Assembly: GCA_016432285.1 (NCBI GenBank)
Contig: CP066682.1
Coordinates: forward strand, 602,274 to 666,273
Direction of reading: 5' to 3'
DNA length: 64,000 nucleotides
From: Candidatus Kaiserbacteria bacterium
GTDB lineage: Bacteria > Patescibacteriota > Minisyncoccia > Phycocordibacterales > UBA2100
Part shown: positions 36,845-47,268 of the stretch, one piece after another
Position numbering within the stretch: position 1 is the first letter of the stretch
Layout of the letters: every line of letters starts with the position of its first letter
Notes under the pieces: generated by a model
What the model was told of the DNA's origin: nothing
What the model saw: only the letters and a program-made list of their open reading frames with translations
Databases searched by the model: none
Made by a program: the position numbers and the translations under genes

Positions 36845-37738
36845 CTATTCCTCGCTCTCCTGCTCCTCCCCCCCTTTCAATTTGTAGTACACGCGATTCC
36901 CGAAGCGAAGATCCACGTATTCGAGCTCGTTCTCCTTGCCGCGAAGTGTGGGCGAGGAGAGCACAAGCTCGAGATTGCCGACAAGTCCCGGGGAGTCGCT
37001 GCCGTAGGAGACTTTGAGCGCGTACCCTTTTGCGAGCGTGAGCAAAAAATCCTTGTCGGATTCTGCCGACACCTCCCGCACTTCAAATCCCGCCTGTCCG
37101 AGACGCTGCACCAGGGCCTCCACTCCGGCAAACCTCCCCGAGAGAAATGTTTTGCCGATGGGGGGCACTCCCGCCTCAAGATCGCCGCGATAAATCTGCG
37201 CGGTCGCAGGCTGTGTGCTCGTCGCAGAGGCGAAGATAAATCCCTCATCGTCGAGGAGGTAGCACGTTTGCCCCTCGCACCAGCGCGCGTACGGCTCGCG
37301 CTCGGCCACCATCACGGTGATCGCGGTCGCGAGGAGCGATTCGCGCGTTATCGCCGCAGTGCGGATACGAGGGAAGAAGTCGGCGAGCTCCTCTTCGATT
37401 GCGCGTCGCGGATAGAGAAAAATGTTGCTGCGGGAGAGTGCCGTGAAGGCCCCGCTGTAGAGCTTGGTCTCGACGAAGCGGACGATGAGGTTTGTCGGCA
37501 CGGCCTTCGCTCCCGTCACCGCGATCGACTGGATCGTGAATTGCGGGCTGTACGAAAGCCACGAGAGGCCGAAGCCCGCGGCGGCAAGCACGGTGAGCGC
37601 GACGAGGGCGATCAGAGCGCGCGTGCGCCGCCGCCGCCAGCGTAGCGGCGATCTGCGCTTGCCGGAAAACGGAACGAGCGGGAGCGGCACATGAGAGCCC
37701 GCTTTCTTTCTCCGGAGGTCAACGATTTTTGATCTCAT
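36845..37738 (-). CDS. FtsQ/DivIB-like cell division protein
   Basis: Basic N-terminus, TM, POTRA-like IAVTG, EREP, YVDLRFGNRVYY. Confidence 0.8.
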   Translation of the reverse strand: MRSKIVDLRRKKAGSHVPLPLVPFSGKRRSPLRWRRRRTRALIALVALTVLAAAGFGLSWLSYSPQFTIQSIAVTGAKAVPTNLIVRFVETKLYSGAFTALSRSNIFLYPRRAIEEELADFFPRIRTAAITRESLLATAITVMVAEREPYARWCEGQTCYLLDDEGFIFASATSTQPATAQIYRGDLEAGVPPIGKTFLSGRFAGVEALVQRLGQAGFEVREVSAESDKDFLLTLAKGYALKVSYGSDSPGLVGNLELVLSSPTLRGKENELEYVDLRFGNRVYYKLKGGEEQESEE

Positions 37739-38987
37739 CTTTGCCCATGGCGGCCCGGAGCGCCTCCGGGATCGAGATCGAACCATCGGCCCGCTGATTG
37801 TTCTCGACGATTTGGCAGAGGATGCGCGGTGTCGCGAGCGCGGTGTTGTTCAGGGAGTGGACGTAGCGCACCACCCCCTCGTCGTCGCGGTAGCGGATGT
37901 TGAGACGGCGCGTCTGAAAATCGTGGAAGTACGAAGAGGAGTGCGTCTCGCGATATTTCTTTTCGCTCGGCATCCATGCCTCGATGTCGTACTTCTTCAC
38001 CTGCCCCAAGCCGAGATCTCCCCCGCAGTTGATCACGACGCGGTACGGCAGCTCCAAGGCTTGGAGCAGCTCCTCGGCGTTTTTGGTAATCTCCTCGTGC
38101 CACCGGACAGACTCTTCGTGATTGGCTTCGCAGAGGATCACCTGCTCGTATTTTTGAAACTCGTGGATGCGGAAGATGCCCTTGGTGTCTTTGCCATGAC
38201 TTCCCGCTTCGCGTCGGAAGCACGGAGAGAATGAGAGGAACTTTTTCGGCAGATCTTTTTTGTCGAGAATTTCGTCCATGTAGTAGCCCATGCTCGCCAC
38301 CTCGGCGGTGCCAGCGAGATATTCGCCGTCTTGGGTACGGTAGAGATCCTCCTCGCTCTGCGGCAGGTAGCCAGTGCCGACGAAACTCTCGCGCCGCACG
38401 AGCGATGGGACGATCATGGGCGTAAAGTCCTTCGAGGCAAATTGATCCTGCGCGAAGCGCTCGAGCGCCCAGACGAGCCGCGCGCCATCGTTTTTAAGAA
38501 AGTAGCCGCGAAAGCCGGCGACCTTGGCACCGCGCTCGTAATCGGCCATGTCATGCATCAAAAGAAGCTCACTGTGGCTTTTCGGCTCAAAGTCGAATGC
38601 GGGCTTCGTGCCCCACGCACGCACCTCTTTGTTGTCAGCGTCGGATTCCCCGTCGGGCACCGACATGTCGGGAACGTTCGGCACGAGCACCATGAGCGCG
38701 CGCCACTCCTTCATCGCCTCCTGGAGCGATTCCTCTTCGAGCTTCAGGGTCTCCTTCAGCGATTGCATGCGCGCGATGATCTCGCCGCGCTCCGCATCGC
38801 TTTTGGAGGAAGTGATTTTTTCGGAAGCTGCGTTTTGCTCGGCGCGCTTCTGATCCACGGAGGCCTGAAGCTCGCGGCGCTTGTCGTCAACGGCGATGAG
38901 CCTGTCGAGATCAACGTCGATGCGCTTTTTTTTGGCGCCCGCGGCGACGATCTCTTTGTTTTCCCGAATGAATTTGATGTCGAGCAT
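37719..38987 (-). CDS. serS: Serine--tRNA ligase
   Basis: MLDIKFIREN, GTAEV, FRREAGS, KYDIEAW, HSLNNT. Confidence 0.97.
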   Translation of the reverse strand: MLDIKFIRENKEIVAAGAKKKRIDVDLDRLIAVDDKRRELQASVDQKRAEQNAASEKITSSKSDAERGEIIARMQSLKETLKLEEESLQEAMKEWRALMVLVPNVPDMSVPDGESDADNKEVRAWGTKPAFDFEPKSHSELLLMHDMADYERGAKVAGFRGYFLKNDGARLVWALERFAQDQFASKDFTPMIVPSLVRRESFVGTGYLPQSEEDLYRTQDGEYLAGTAEVASMGYYMDEILDKKDLPKKFLSFSPCFRREAGSHGKDTKGIFRIHEFQKYEQVILCEANHEESVRWHEEITKNAEELLQALELPYRVVINCGGDLGLGQVKKYDIEAWMPSEKKYRETHSSSYFHDFQTRRLNIRYRDDEGVVRYVHSLNNTALATPRILCQIVENNQRADGSISIPEALRAAMGKDEIKNR

Positions 38988-39023
38988 AGCGGGCGGGTGA
39001 TCGAATGTACAATATATAGTACT

Positions 39024-39887
39024 GTGGCCGACGATTTGCGACAACTCACGCGTAGCGACTTCCCGCCGCTTCTGCGGGAGATACCAGATGCGCCCAAAAA
39101 ACTCTACGTGCGCGGTACCCTGCCGGATGCAGACCGACGCTGGCTCGCGGTCGTTGGCTCGCGCGCGCTCACGCCGTACGGCAGCGCGGTCTGCAAACAC
39201 CTGATCGAAGGCCTCCGGGGCTATCCCATCGTGATCGTGTCGGGGCTCGCATACGGCGCGGATGCGGCGGCGCACCGCGCGGCGCTCGAGTGCGACATCC
39301 CGACGGTGGCCGTGCCCGGGTCTGGCCTCAGCTGGAGCGCGCTTTATCCCCGCGCGCATGTCAACCTCGCGAGACAGATCGTGGAGGCAGGCGGCGCACT
39401 CATGTCGGAAGAAGAGCCGGAAACGAAGGCTGCCGACTGGACCTTCCCCAAGCGCAATCGCGTGATGGCGGGGCTTTGCCGCGCGACGCTCATCATCGAG
39501 GCCAAGGAGCAATCGGGCTCCCTCATCACGGCGAGGCTCACCACCGAATACAACCGTGAGCTCCTCGTCGTGCCCGGCTCGATCTTCAGCAGCGAAAGCA
39601 AGGGCACGCATCAATTCCTCCGGCTCGGCGCCACGCCGATCACCTCGCCAGAAGACATTCTCGTGGCACTCGGCATAGAAAAGCGGGAGGGCGAAAACCT
39701 CGCTTCGCTCCGCGAGGATCTTTCTGAAGAAGAGAGGCGCGTTATTGCACTCATCGGTAATCCGCTTTCCCGCGAGGATCTCATCGAAGCGCTCGCGCTG
39801 CCGATTACGGAGGCCAACGTGCTTCTCTCCACGATGGAAATCAAGGGACTCATCGCGGAGGAGCTGGGAGTCGTGCGCGTACGGTAA
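39024..39887 (+). CDS. dprA: DNA-protecting protein DprA
   Basis: VVGSR, IVSGLAYG, FPKRNR, SGSLITA, C-terminal wHTH; GTG start. Confidence 0.94.
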   Translation: MADDLRQLTRSDFPPLLREIPDAPKKLYVRGTLPDADRRWLAVVGSRALTPYGSAVCKHLIEGLRGYPIVIVSGLAYGADAAAHRAALECDIPTVAVPGSGLSWSALYPRAHVNLARQIVEAGGALMSEEEPETKAADWTFPKRNRVMAGLCRATLIIEAKEQSGSLITARLTTEYNRELLVVPGSIFSSESKGTHQFLRLGATPITSPEDILVALGIEKREGENLASLREDLSEEERRVIALIGNPLSREDLIEALALPITEANVLLSTMEIKGLIAEELGVVRVR

Positions 39888-39960
39888 GCGAAGGCGACGC
39901 TTGACGTGTGATAGGCTTTTGAAGTATCACTACGCCTCGAACGTCTCACGTTCACAGACT

Positions 39961-42126
39961 ATGAAATTGGTTATCGTAGAATCGCCGTCGAAAGCGAAAA
40001 CCATCGAGAAGTATCTCGGGGGCGATTTTACCGTGCGCGCCTCCGTCGGACACATCCGCGACCTCCCCAAGAGCAACAAAGACGCCGTGGACGTGGAGGC
40101 GGGATTCGTGCCGCGCTACCAGATCGTGAAGGAAAAGCAGAAGGTCATAGACGAGCTGCACCGCGAGGCAGAAAAGGCCGACGAGGTGATCCTCGCCACC
40201 GACCCCGACCGCGAAGGTGAAGCGATCGCGTGGCACCTTTCGGAGACCATCGGCCTCAAATCGCCGAAGCGCATCGTTTTTAATGAGATCACCGAGAGCG
40301 CCGTGCAGCACGCGCTTCAGAATCCGCGCGCCATCGACGACGAGCTCGTAAAAGCGCAGGAGGCGCGGCGCGTGCTGGATCGCCTCTTCGGGTACGACCT
40401 CTCCGGACTCATTTGGAAAAAAGTGCGCTACGGCCTTTCGGCGGGTCGCGTGCAGTCCCCCGCGCTTCGCATTCTCATGGAACGCGAGCGCGAAATTCGC
40501 GCGTTCGTGCCGGAAAAATTTTGGGTCCTCTCCGCCGACGTGAAAACGAAGAAGGGCGAACAGTTCACGGTCATCTGTGCGGAAGAGCCGAAGACAGCGG
40601 AGGAAGCAGAGCGCGTCCTGAAAGCCGCCGAGGGCGGAAAGTGGAGCGTGATCGATGTCGAGGAATCCGAAGCCTCGCGTACGCCGCGTGCGCCCTTTAC
40701 CACCTCCACGCTCCAGCAGGCCGCCTCGACACGGCTCGGCTATTCGCCCTCGCGCACCATGCGAATCGCGCAGAAGCTCTACGAAGCCGGCTTCATTACC
40801 TACATGCGCACCGACAGCCCAAATCTCGCCAAAGAGGCGCAGGCCGCGCTCATCGCAACGGCCCGCAAGGAATTCGGCGAACAGTACGTGGCACCGCGCG
40901 TCTTCAAGACGAAATCCAAGAGCGCGCAGGAAGCGCATGAGGCCGTGCGCCCCACGAATCCCGGCAAACGCTCCGCAGGCGCCAACGACGAACAGAAGAA
41001 ACTGTACGAGCTGATTCGCGCCCGCGCGCTCGCTTCCCAGATGGCCGACGCCAAGATGCTCCGGACGAAGATCATCGCAAACGTCGAGGGAAGCCCCATT
41101 CCTGATTTCGCTGCCAACGGCTCTCGAGTCATCTTCGACGGCTGGCTCGCGGCCGACCCGGCGGCGCGCGGCGAAGACGTGGAGCTGCCAAAGGTTGCCG
41201 CCAAGGATCCGCTCACGCTCATGGCGGCGCATTCGGAGGAAAAGGAAACACAGCCGCCGGCACGGTATTCGGAAGCAGGGCTCGTGAAAGAACTTGAAAA
41301 GCGCGGCATCGGTCGCCCCTCCACCTACGCGAGCATCATCAAGACGCTCGAGGATCGCGGCTACGTGGAAAAACAGGGCCGCACCCTGATCCCGACGCAC
41401 ACCGGCGACGTGGTCTCCTCCTTCCTCGAAGATCACTTCAAGGAGTACATCAGCGACACCTTCACCGCGGAGATGGAAGATGAGCTCGACCAGATCGCGG
41501 AAGGCAAGCGGGAGTACGAAAAAACGCTACGTGATTTCTATGCGCCCTTCACGAAAGCAGTGAAGAGCAAGAACAAAATCGAGAAGCTCACCAACATGGG
41601 CGATGCGCCGCCGGAATTCCCCTGCCCCATCTGCAAAGGCCCCATGGTTTACAAGCTCTCGCGCACTGGCCGTTTCATGAGCTGCGCGCGTTTCCCCGAA
41701 TGCCTCGGTGCGCGCAAGGAAGACGGTAGCGAAATTGCGCCTCCAAAAGAGATCGGAGAAAACTGCCCGCAGTGCAAGGACGGCAAGCTCATCGAGCGCG
41801 AGGGCCGCTTCGGGCGATTTATCGCCTGCTCCAACTACCCGAAATGCAAATTCGTGAAGCAGGACCCGGCCGAAGCCGAGCGCGCTAAGACCGGCGTGCC
41901 GTGCCCCGTCTGCAAAAAAGGTGAAATGGTGGAGCGTCGCGGGCGCTTCGGCCCGTTCTTTTCCTGCTCCAACTACCCCGAGTGCAGAAACGCCATCAAG
42001 GCACGCCCTACAGGAAAAATCTGCGAGATGTGCGGATCCCTCATGATGGCGGGGACCAAAACGATTCCCGAGAGATGCAGCAATAAAACCTGTCCGATGC
42101 ACAATCCGCATAAGCTCACGAAGTAA
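39961..42126 (+). CDS. topA: DNA topoisomerase I with C-terminal zinc ribbons
   Basis: VESPSKAKTI, DPDREGE, SAGRVQ, ITYMRTD, GIGRPSTY, repeated CPxC. Confidence 0.97.
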   Translation: MKLVIVESPSKAKTIEKYLGGDFTVRASVGHIRDLPKSNKDAVDVEAGFVPRYQIVKEKQKVIDELHREAEKADEVILATDPDREGEAIAWHLSETIGLKSPKRIVFNEITESAVQHALQNPRAIDDELVKAQEARRVLDRLFGYDLSGLIWKKVRYGLSAGRVQSPALRILMEREREIRAFVPEKFWVLSADVKTKKGEQFTVICAEEPKTAEEAERVLKAAEGGKWSVIDVEESEASRTPRAPFTTSTLQQAASTRLGYSPSRTMRIAQKLYEAGFITYMRTDSPNLAKEAQAALIATARKEFGEQYVAPRVFKTKSKSAQEAHEAVRPTNPGKRSAGANDEQKKLYELIRARALASQMADAKMLRTKIIANVEGSPIPDFAANGSRVIFDGWLAADPAARGEDVELPKVAAKDPLTLMAAHSEEKETQPPARYSEAGLVKELEKRGIGRPSTYASIIKTLEDRGYVEKQGRTLIPTHTGDVVSSFLEDHFKEYISDTFTAEMEDELDQIAEGKREYEKTLRDFYAPFTKAVKSKNKIEKLTNMGDAPPEFPCPICKGPMVYKLSRTGRFMSCARFPECLGARKEDGSEIAPPKEIGENCPQCKDGKLIEREGRFGRFIACSNYPKCKFVKQDPAEAERAKTGVPCPVCKKGEMVERRGRFGPFFSCSNYPECRNAIKARPTGKICEMCGSLMMAGTKTIPERCSNKTCPMHNPHKLTK

Positions 42127-42179
42127 CGCTGCTCTCGCCCGATTTGCGAAGCTGCCGCGCGGCAGTATGATCAATTTCT

Positions 42180-43724
42180 ATGGCTCCCGCTGCTGCGCGC
42201 CCCCTCCCAGACATCCTCGCGGCGATGGCGAGCAAAACAGATGCCGATACTGCGCTCGTAAAGAAAGCGTACGAGTTTTCGAAGGAAGCGCACAAAGATC
42301 AAAGGCGCTTCTCGGGCGAGCCCTATTTCTTCCATCCGGCGGAGGTCGGCTTTTTTCTTGCGGAAGCGGGCATGGACGCGGAAGCGATCGCCGCGGGGCT
42401 CCTCCACGACACGATTGAGGACGCGGGCGTGAAGCCGCAAAGCATCTCAGACGAATTCGGCGCCAGCGTCTTGCGGCTCGTGGAGGGCGTGACGAAGCTC
42501 GGCACGCTTCGATACCGCGGACTCGAGCGGCACACGGAGAGTCTCCGCAAGCTCTTTGCGGCGACCGCGAAGGACATCCGTGTCTTGATCATCAAGCTCA
42601 TGGATCGCCTCCACAACGCACGCACCCTGGAGCATGTGCCGCGTCCCGAAAAGAGAATCCGCATCGCGCTTGAGACGCTTGAGATCTACGCCCCGATCGC
42701 GGACCGGCTCGGTATGAGCGTGACGAAACAGGAGCTGGAGGACGCGGCTTTCCCCCACGCCTATCCCGAGGATTACAAAAAGATGCTCTCGCTTCTCAAA
42801 GAGCGCGGCGGCGAGCGCGAGAAGCGCATGGAGAAAGTCGAGCGCGACCTGAAGCGCGAGCTCGGGCAGGCGGGCGTCCGCAACTTCCGCACCGAGGCGC
42901 GCATCAAGGGCACCTACAGCCTCTTCCGCAAACTACAGCGGAAGAATTGGGACATCGACAAGATCTACGACGTGCTCGCGCTTCGCGTGATCTTCCCTGC
43001 GGTCGCTGATTGCTACACCGCGCTCGGCATCATCCACGCGCAGTGGCGGCCGGTCCCGGGCAAGATCAAAGACTACATCGCCTTCCCGAAACCCAACGGC
43101 TACCAGTCGATTCACACGACCGTGTACACGGGAGATGGGAGCGCGCTCGAGATTCAGCTCCGTACCGAGGCGCAGCACCGCGAGGCGCAATACGGCATCG
43201 CCTCACACCTCACCTACAAAGAGGCGCAGAGCGGATCCGGCGGCGGGCGCGGAGGACTCGACTGGGTGCGGCAGTTTTTCCCTGCATGGCGCAAGAGCGC
43301 CAAGGACCCGGGCGCAGCGCCGGTGCGCGGCACGGTGCCCGATTGGGTGAAGGAGCTCGCCCACGCCGATCAGGTAGAGGCTTCGGAGGAGTATCTCGAT
43401 ACCCTTAAGACCGACTTTTTCAGCCACCGCGTCTTCGTCTTTACCCCGAAGGGCGACGTGATCGATTTGCCGATCCACGCGACGCCGATCGATTTCGCGT
43501 ACGCCGTGCACTCAGATCTCGGCAACAAGATGTCGGGAGCGCGCGTCAACGGAAAGATGGTCTCGCTCGACACCGAGCTCCGCAATGGCGACGTGGTGCA
43601 GGTGGTTACAAAGCCCTCCGCGAAGCCATCGCGCAAGTGGATCGACAACGCCAAAACCAACATGGCAAAAAAGCACATCCGCGCCGCGCTCTCCGCGCTC
43701 CAGAAAAACGAACCTAAACGGTGA
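42180..43724 (+). CDS. rel: RelA/SpoT family (p)ppGpp synthetase/hydrolase, HD+SYN+TGS, no ACT domain
   Basis: LHDTIED, DRLHN, KPNGYQSIHT, EIQLRT, FTPKG, DFAY. Confidence 0.93.
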   Translation: MAPAAARPLPDILAAMASKTDADTALVKKAYEFSKEAHKDQRRFSGEPYFFHPAEVGFFLAEAGMDAEAIAAGLLHDTIEDAGVKPQSISDEFGASVLRLVEGVTKLGTLRYRGLERHTESLRKLFAATAKDIRVLIIKLMDRLHNARTLEHVPRPEKRIRIALETLEIYAPIADRLGMSVTKQELEDAAFPHAYPEDYKKMLSLLKERGGEREKRMEKVERDLKRELGQAGVRNFRTEARIKGTYSLFRKLQRKNWDIDKIYDVLALRVIFPAVADCYTALGIIHAQWRPVPGKIKDYIAFPKPNGYQSIHTTVYTGDGSALEIQLRTEAQHREAQYGIASHLTYKEAQSGSGGGRGGLDWVRQFFPAWRKSAKDPGAAPVRGTVPDWVKELAHADQVEASEEYLDTLKTDFFSHRVFVFTPKGDVIDLPIHATPIDFAYAVHSDLGNKMSGARVNGKMVSLDTELRNGDVVQVVTKPSAKPSRKWIDNAKTNMAKKHIRAALSALQKNEPKR

Positions 43725-44688
43725 AGTTGCGGATCGAGTAGAGGTCGTCCTGCGCTTTTTCCTCCTGCTGCTCTTTCGCTTGCGGCTCCTCCGCTTGCGA
43801 AATCTCCTCCTGGATTTCTGGGATTTCGCCCGTGGCAGCGGCAACAGCAGACGGCGAGGCAGCCGCCTCTTTCAGCGTCAGCATGGAGCGGATGTGCGCG
43901 AGGTCGTCCACAGAGAAAAAGTCGATGAGTACCTTGCCACCCTGGTCCTTCTTCTCGATCCTGACGCGCGTGCCGAGCTTTTCGGTGAGCTCACGCTCCA
44001 GAAGCAGGAGCTCGGGCGTAAGGTCGCCCTTGCGGATCCGCTCGGTGGCGACTCGTCGCGCAAGCTGCTCCGCGTCGCGGACGTTGAGCTTGCGGGTGAT
44101 GATGTCGGTGTACAGCGTTTTTTGCTCGGCGGGCCTGTCGGAGAGCATGAGGAGGGGGCGTGTGTGGCCCTCGTTGATCGAGCCTCCTGAGAGCGCCTGC
44201 TGCATCTCCTCGGGGAGCATGAGAATGCGGAGCGTGTTGGATACGTACTCGCGGCTCTTGCCGACGCGCTTGCCGATGTCGACGTGCTTGAGGCCAAACT
44301 CGTTGGCGAGCCGCTGGAAGGCTTTCGCACGGTCGAGCGCGTTGAGATCCTCGCGCTGGAGATTTTCGATGATCGCGAGTTCGAGCTTCATGCGGTCGGT
44401 ATCTTCGGCGCTCCGGATCACGATCGGGACATTCAGGATCCCCGCGAGCTTCGCGGCTCGGAGGCGGCGCTCACCCGCGATCAGTTCGTACTCGACGAAG
44501 ATCCCCTCGCCCGGGCGCTCGATCTCTTTGCGGGTAACCGTAAGCGGCTGCAAGACTCCGTAGCTGCGGATCGATTCGGCGAGCGAGGTAAGCGCCGCGT
44601 CGTCGAAGACTTTGCGTGGCTGGAAGGGGTTGGGCTTGATCCGATCCACCTCCACCCAGAATATCGAGTCGTTGTAGTAGGACGACAT
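43714..44688 (-). CDS. parB: ParB/Spo0J partition protein
   Basis: NPFQPRK, IAGERRLRA, ENLQREDLN, GKSREYVSN. Confidence 0.95.
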   Translation of the reverse strand: MSSYYNDSIFWVEVDRIKPNPFQPRKVFDDAALTSLAESIRSYGVLQPLTVTRKEIERPGEGIFVEYELIAGERRLRAAKLAGILNVPIVIRSAEDTDRMKLELAIIENLQREDLNALDRAKAFQRLANEFGLKHVDIGKRVGKSREYVSNTLRILMLPEEMQQALSGGSINEGHTRPLLMLSDRPAEQKTLYTDIITRKLNVRDAEQLARRVATERIRKGDLTPELLLLERELTEKLGTRVRIEKKDQGGKVLIDFFSVDDLAHIRSMLTLKEAAASPSAVAAATGEIPEIQEEISQAEEPQAKEQQEEKAQDDLYSIRNFTV

Positions 44689-44725
44689 GCCGCGATTATA
44701 CCATCAGCGAGATTGAAAAAATTTG

Positions 44726-44807
44726 TGCCGGAGGAGGGACTCGAACCCTCACACCTTGCGATACACGATTTTGAGTCGTGCGCGTCTACCAATTCCGCCA
44801 CTCCGGC
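44726..44807 (-). tRNA. tRNA-Leu(CAA)
   Basis: GCCGGAG acceptor, CACGA-CT-CAA-AA-TCGTG, long variable arm. Confidence 0.95.
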
Positions 44808-44837
44808 TTCGCGGCAAATAATACGCTACCAAGCGCA

Positions 44838-45176
44838 TTAGTTGAAGCGATGGCGATTGGCGGCGACGATGCGATAGCCGAGACGGACGAAGAAGTGGAT
44901 CCCCGGCAGGTGGCCGAGCTTCGCGGCCCACCGCCAGCCCGGGTATTGTGCGAGCACGGCGAGGATGCCGTCGGCCCCGCTGTGAATCCTCCCTTTTTCG
45001 TCGACGACATGCACCTCGTGCATCGCCTCTTCCTTGCTGATCCCCGCCCCGAGGTGGCCTTCCGAGGCGTCGACGCTCTCAAAGCGCGATTCCTGCGAGC
45101 CCTTTTGGATTTTGTCGACGAAGCCGCTACACATCGTGCAGGTGCCGTCGTAGTAGATCGTTACTTTCCCGTCCAT
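44838..45176 (-). CDS. DCC1/DUF393 thiol-disulfide oxidoreductase family
   Basis: YYDGTCTMC, YRIVAANRHR. Confidence 0.9.
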   Translation of the reverse strand: MDGKVTIYYDGTCTMCSGFVDKIQKGSQESRFESVDASEGHLGAGISKEEAMHEVHVVDEKGRIHSGADGILAVLAQYPGWRWAAKLGHLPGIHFFVRLGYRIVAANRHRFN

Positions 45177-45199
45177 GCTCCGTATTGTACTGTGCTCTG

Positions 45200-46087
45200 A
45201 TGTTGCAGAAAGTGATCGCTATCGTGGGGCCTACGTCGTCGGGAAAAAGTGCGCTCGCCGTACGACTGGCGAAGCGGTTCAAAGGAGAAGTGATCTCGGC
45301 CGACTCGCGGCAGGTCTACAAAGGTCTCAACATCGGCACCGGCAAGATTAAAAAGCGCGAGATGCGCGGGATCCGGCACCATCTCTTGGACGTGGCTTCG
45401 CCAAAACGGACCTTCACCGCCCACGATTTTATGCGCGAAGCGCAAGAAGCGATCACTATGATATATCAGAGTAAAAAACTTCCGATCGTCGCGGGCGGGA
45501 CGGGCTTTTATATCGATGCGCTTCTTGGGCGAATCTCACTTCCGGACGTGCCTGCGGATCCAAAACTGCGCGCTCGGCTCGAAAGAAAACCACTTGCTGC
45601 ACTCCTCCGGATGCTGAAGGGGCTTGATCCGAAGCGAGCAAAGACCGTCGAGCCCCACAATAAGCGCCGCATCGTGCGGGCAATCGAGATCGCGCTGTCA
45701 GCCCAAAAAACCCCAGAGACCAGGTCTCTGTATAAAACTCTCTGGATCGGGATCGCGCCACCATTTGCCGATCTCGAGCGAGCGATACGGAGCCGCCTCC
45801 GGGAGCGCATTCGCAAGGGGCTCATTCCAGAAGGTGCTCGGCTGCGGAAGCAGGGGCTCTCGTACAAGCGGATGCGGCAGCTCGGGCTTGAGTACGGCGC
45901 TCTCGCCGACTTGCTGGAAGAGATGATTGACAGGAAAGAATTCGAGGAGCGACTCTACCGGCACATCCGTCGGTACGCCAAAAAGCAACTCGCATATTGG
46001 AAACGAAATCGGTCGATCATGTGGTTCGACCCGTCGGATTACGCCCGCATCAAAAAAACAGTCACGAAATTTCTCGCGACGAAATAG
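45200..46087 (+). CDS. miaA: tRNA dimethylallyltransferase
   Basis: GPTSSGKS, SADSRQVY, GGTGFY, YAKKQ. Confidence 0.95.
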   Translation: MLQKVIAIVGPTSSGKSALAVRLAKRFKGEVISADSRQVYKGLNIGTGKIKKREMRGIRHHLLDVASPKRTFTAHDFMREAQEAITMIYQSKKLPIVAGGTGFYIDALLGRISLPDVPADPKLRARLERKPLAALLRMLKGLDPKRAKTVEPHNKRRIVRAIEIALSAQKTPETRSLYKTLWIGIAPPFADLERAIRSRLRERIRKGLIPEGARLRKQGLSYKRMRQLGLEYGALADLLEEMIDRKEFEERLYRHIRRYAKKQLAYWKRNRSIMWFDPSDYARIKKTVTKFLATK

Positions 46088-46088
46088 T

Positions 46089-46721
46089 TCAGACCCTGCC
46101 CTTGCTCTCGTTGGCCGCGCGAATCTCTTTGCCGGTGATTTCACCTTCCGGACTCACGTCGTAGATATACACCTCCCCCGTCCCGATTTCGAGCTCCGAT
46201 ATTTTATCGTCAGGGATATCCTCGAGGTGCTTCACGAGCGCGCGCAGCGAGTTGCCGTGCGCCACGACCAGGATGTTCTTGCCCGATTTCAGCTCTGGCA
46301 GAATGTACTGCTCGTAGTATGGGACGACGCGCGCATGGACGTCCTTCAACGTCTCGCCTTCCGGGATCTTTACGTCCCATCCGCGACGTAGCTTCTGAAA
46401 CGCCTCCTCACCAATCTCTTCTTTCACTTCCCACTTGTTCTTGCCGGTGTATACGCCATAGTTCCGTTCCTTGATCGCAGGATGGACAATGCTCTTCATA
46501 GTGGGCTGGTCAATGACACGACAAATCTCCGTAAATGTCTCTTGCGCGCGCTTGAGGTCCGAAATAAAAGCGCAGTCGATGGATATGTCTTGTATCGCCT
46601 TGCCAGCGCGTTGGGCCTCCTTCACTCCCTCTTCGACGAGGCCGATGTCGGTAAAACCCGTCCACTTACCGAGCAAATTCCATTCCGATTTGCCGTGTCG
46701 TATGAGAATAAGTTTCGCCAC
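46089..46721 (-). CDS. gpmA: 2,3-BPG-dependent phosphoglycerate mutase
   Basis: RHGKSEWN, ERNYG, AHGNSLRAL; GTG start. Confidence 0.93.
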   Translation of the reverse strand: MAKLILIRHGKSEWNLLGKWTGFTDIGLVEEGVKEAQRAGKAIQDISIDCAFISDLKRAQETFTEICRVIDQPTMKSIVHPAIKERNYGVYTGKNKWEVKEEIGEEAFQKLRRGWDVKIPEGETLKDVHARVVPYYEQYILPELKSGKNILVVAHGNSLRALVKHLEDIPDDKISELEIGTGEVYIYDVSPEGEITGKEIRAANESKGRV

Positions 46722-46731
46722 AGTGCGATTA

Positions 46732-47268
46732 TTATACGTCGAACTCCTCGACGGACGCATTTCCAATGTGTTGAACAGCAGTTTCTTTAAACAACAGATG
46801 AGCGAGCCTCAATATGCCGGCGTGAGCGACGATAAGAACCGTCTGCCTTTCGTAGCCTTGCTTGATTTCATCCACTACTTTGAGAAACCGCTTCTTAAAA
46901 CCGAGAGCAGATTCGCCGCCAAGCGGACGGTAGTCGTAGTTTTGAGCCTTGTCGAGAGCTTTCAGCTCATCCGCATTCTCAACCTGATCCCACGTCTTCC
47001 CAGAAAGTGAGCCGAAATCGCGCTCCATCAGTTCCTTGCGCAACTCTATGGGGATATTCTTGTCCCTTGAAACGATTTCTGCCGTTTCTCGCGCCCGCTT
47101 GAGTGGTGAAGAAAAAATCACGTCGATTTTCGTCGACGCGAGCACGGCCGCAAGGGCTTCGACTTGACGACGACCTTCGGCGTTCAATGGCTGATCAATA
47201 CGCTGGCCTTGTATGACGCCGGTTGCGTTGGAATCCGTCTGCCCGTGCCTTGCCATCAGTACTTTCAT
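46732..47268 (-). CDS. Histidine phosphatase family protein
   Basis: RHGQT, SSPLKRA, ERDFG, VAHAG; ATGA overlap with eno. Confidence 0.9.
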   Translation of the reverse strand: MKVLMARHGQTDSNATGVIQGQRIDQPLNAEGRRQVEALAAVLASTKIDVIFSSPLKRARETAEIVSRDKNIPIELRKELMERDFGSLSGKTWDQVENADELKALDKAQNYDYRPLGGESALGFKKRFLKVVDEIKQGYERQTVLIVAHAGILRLAHLLFKETAVQHIGNASVEEFDV

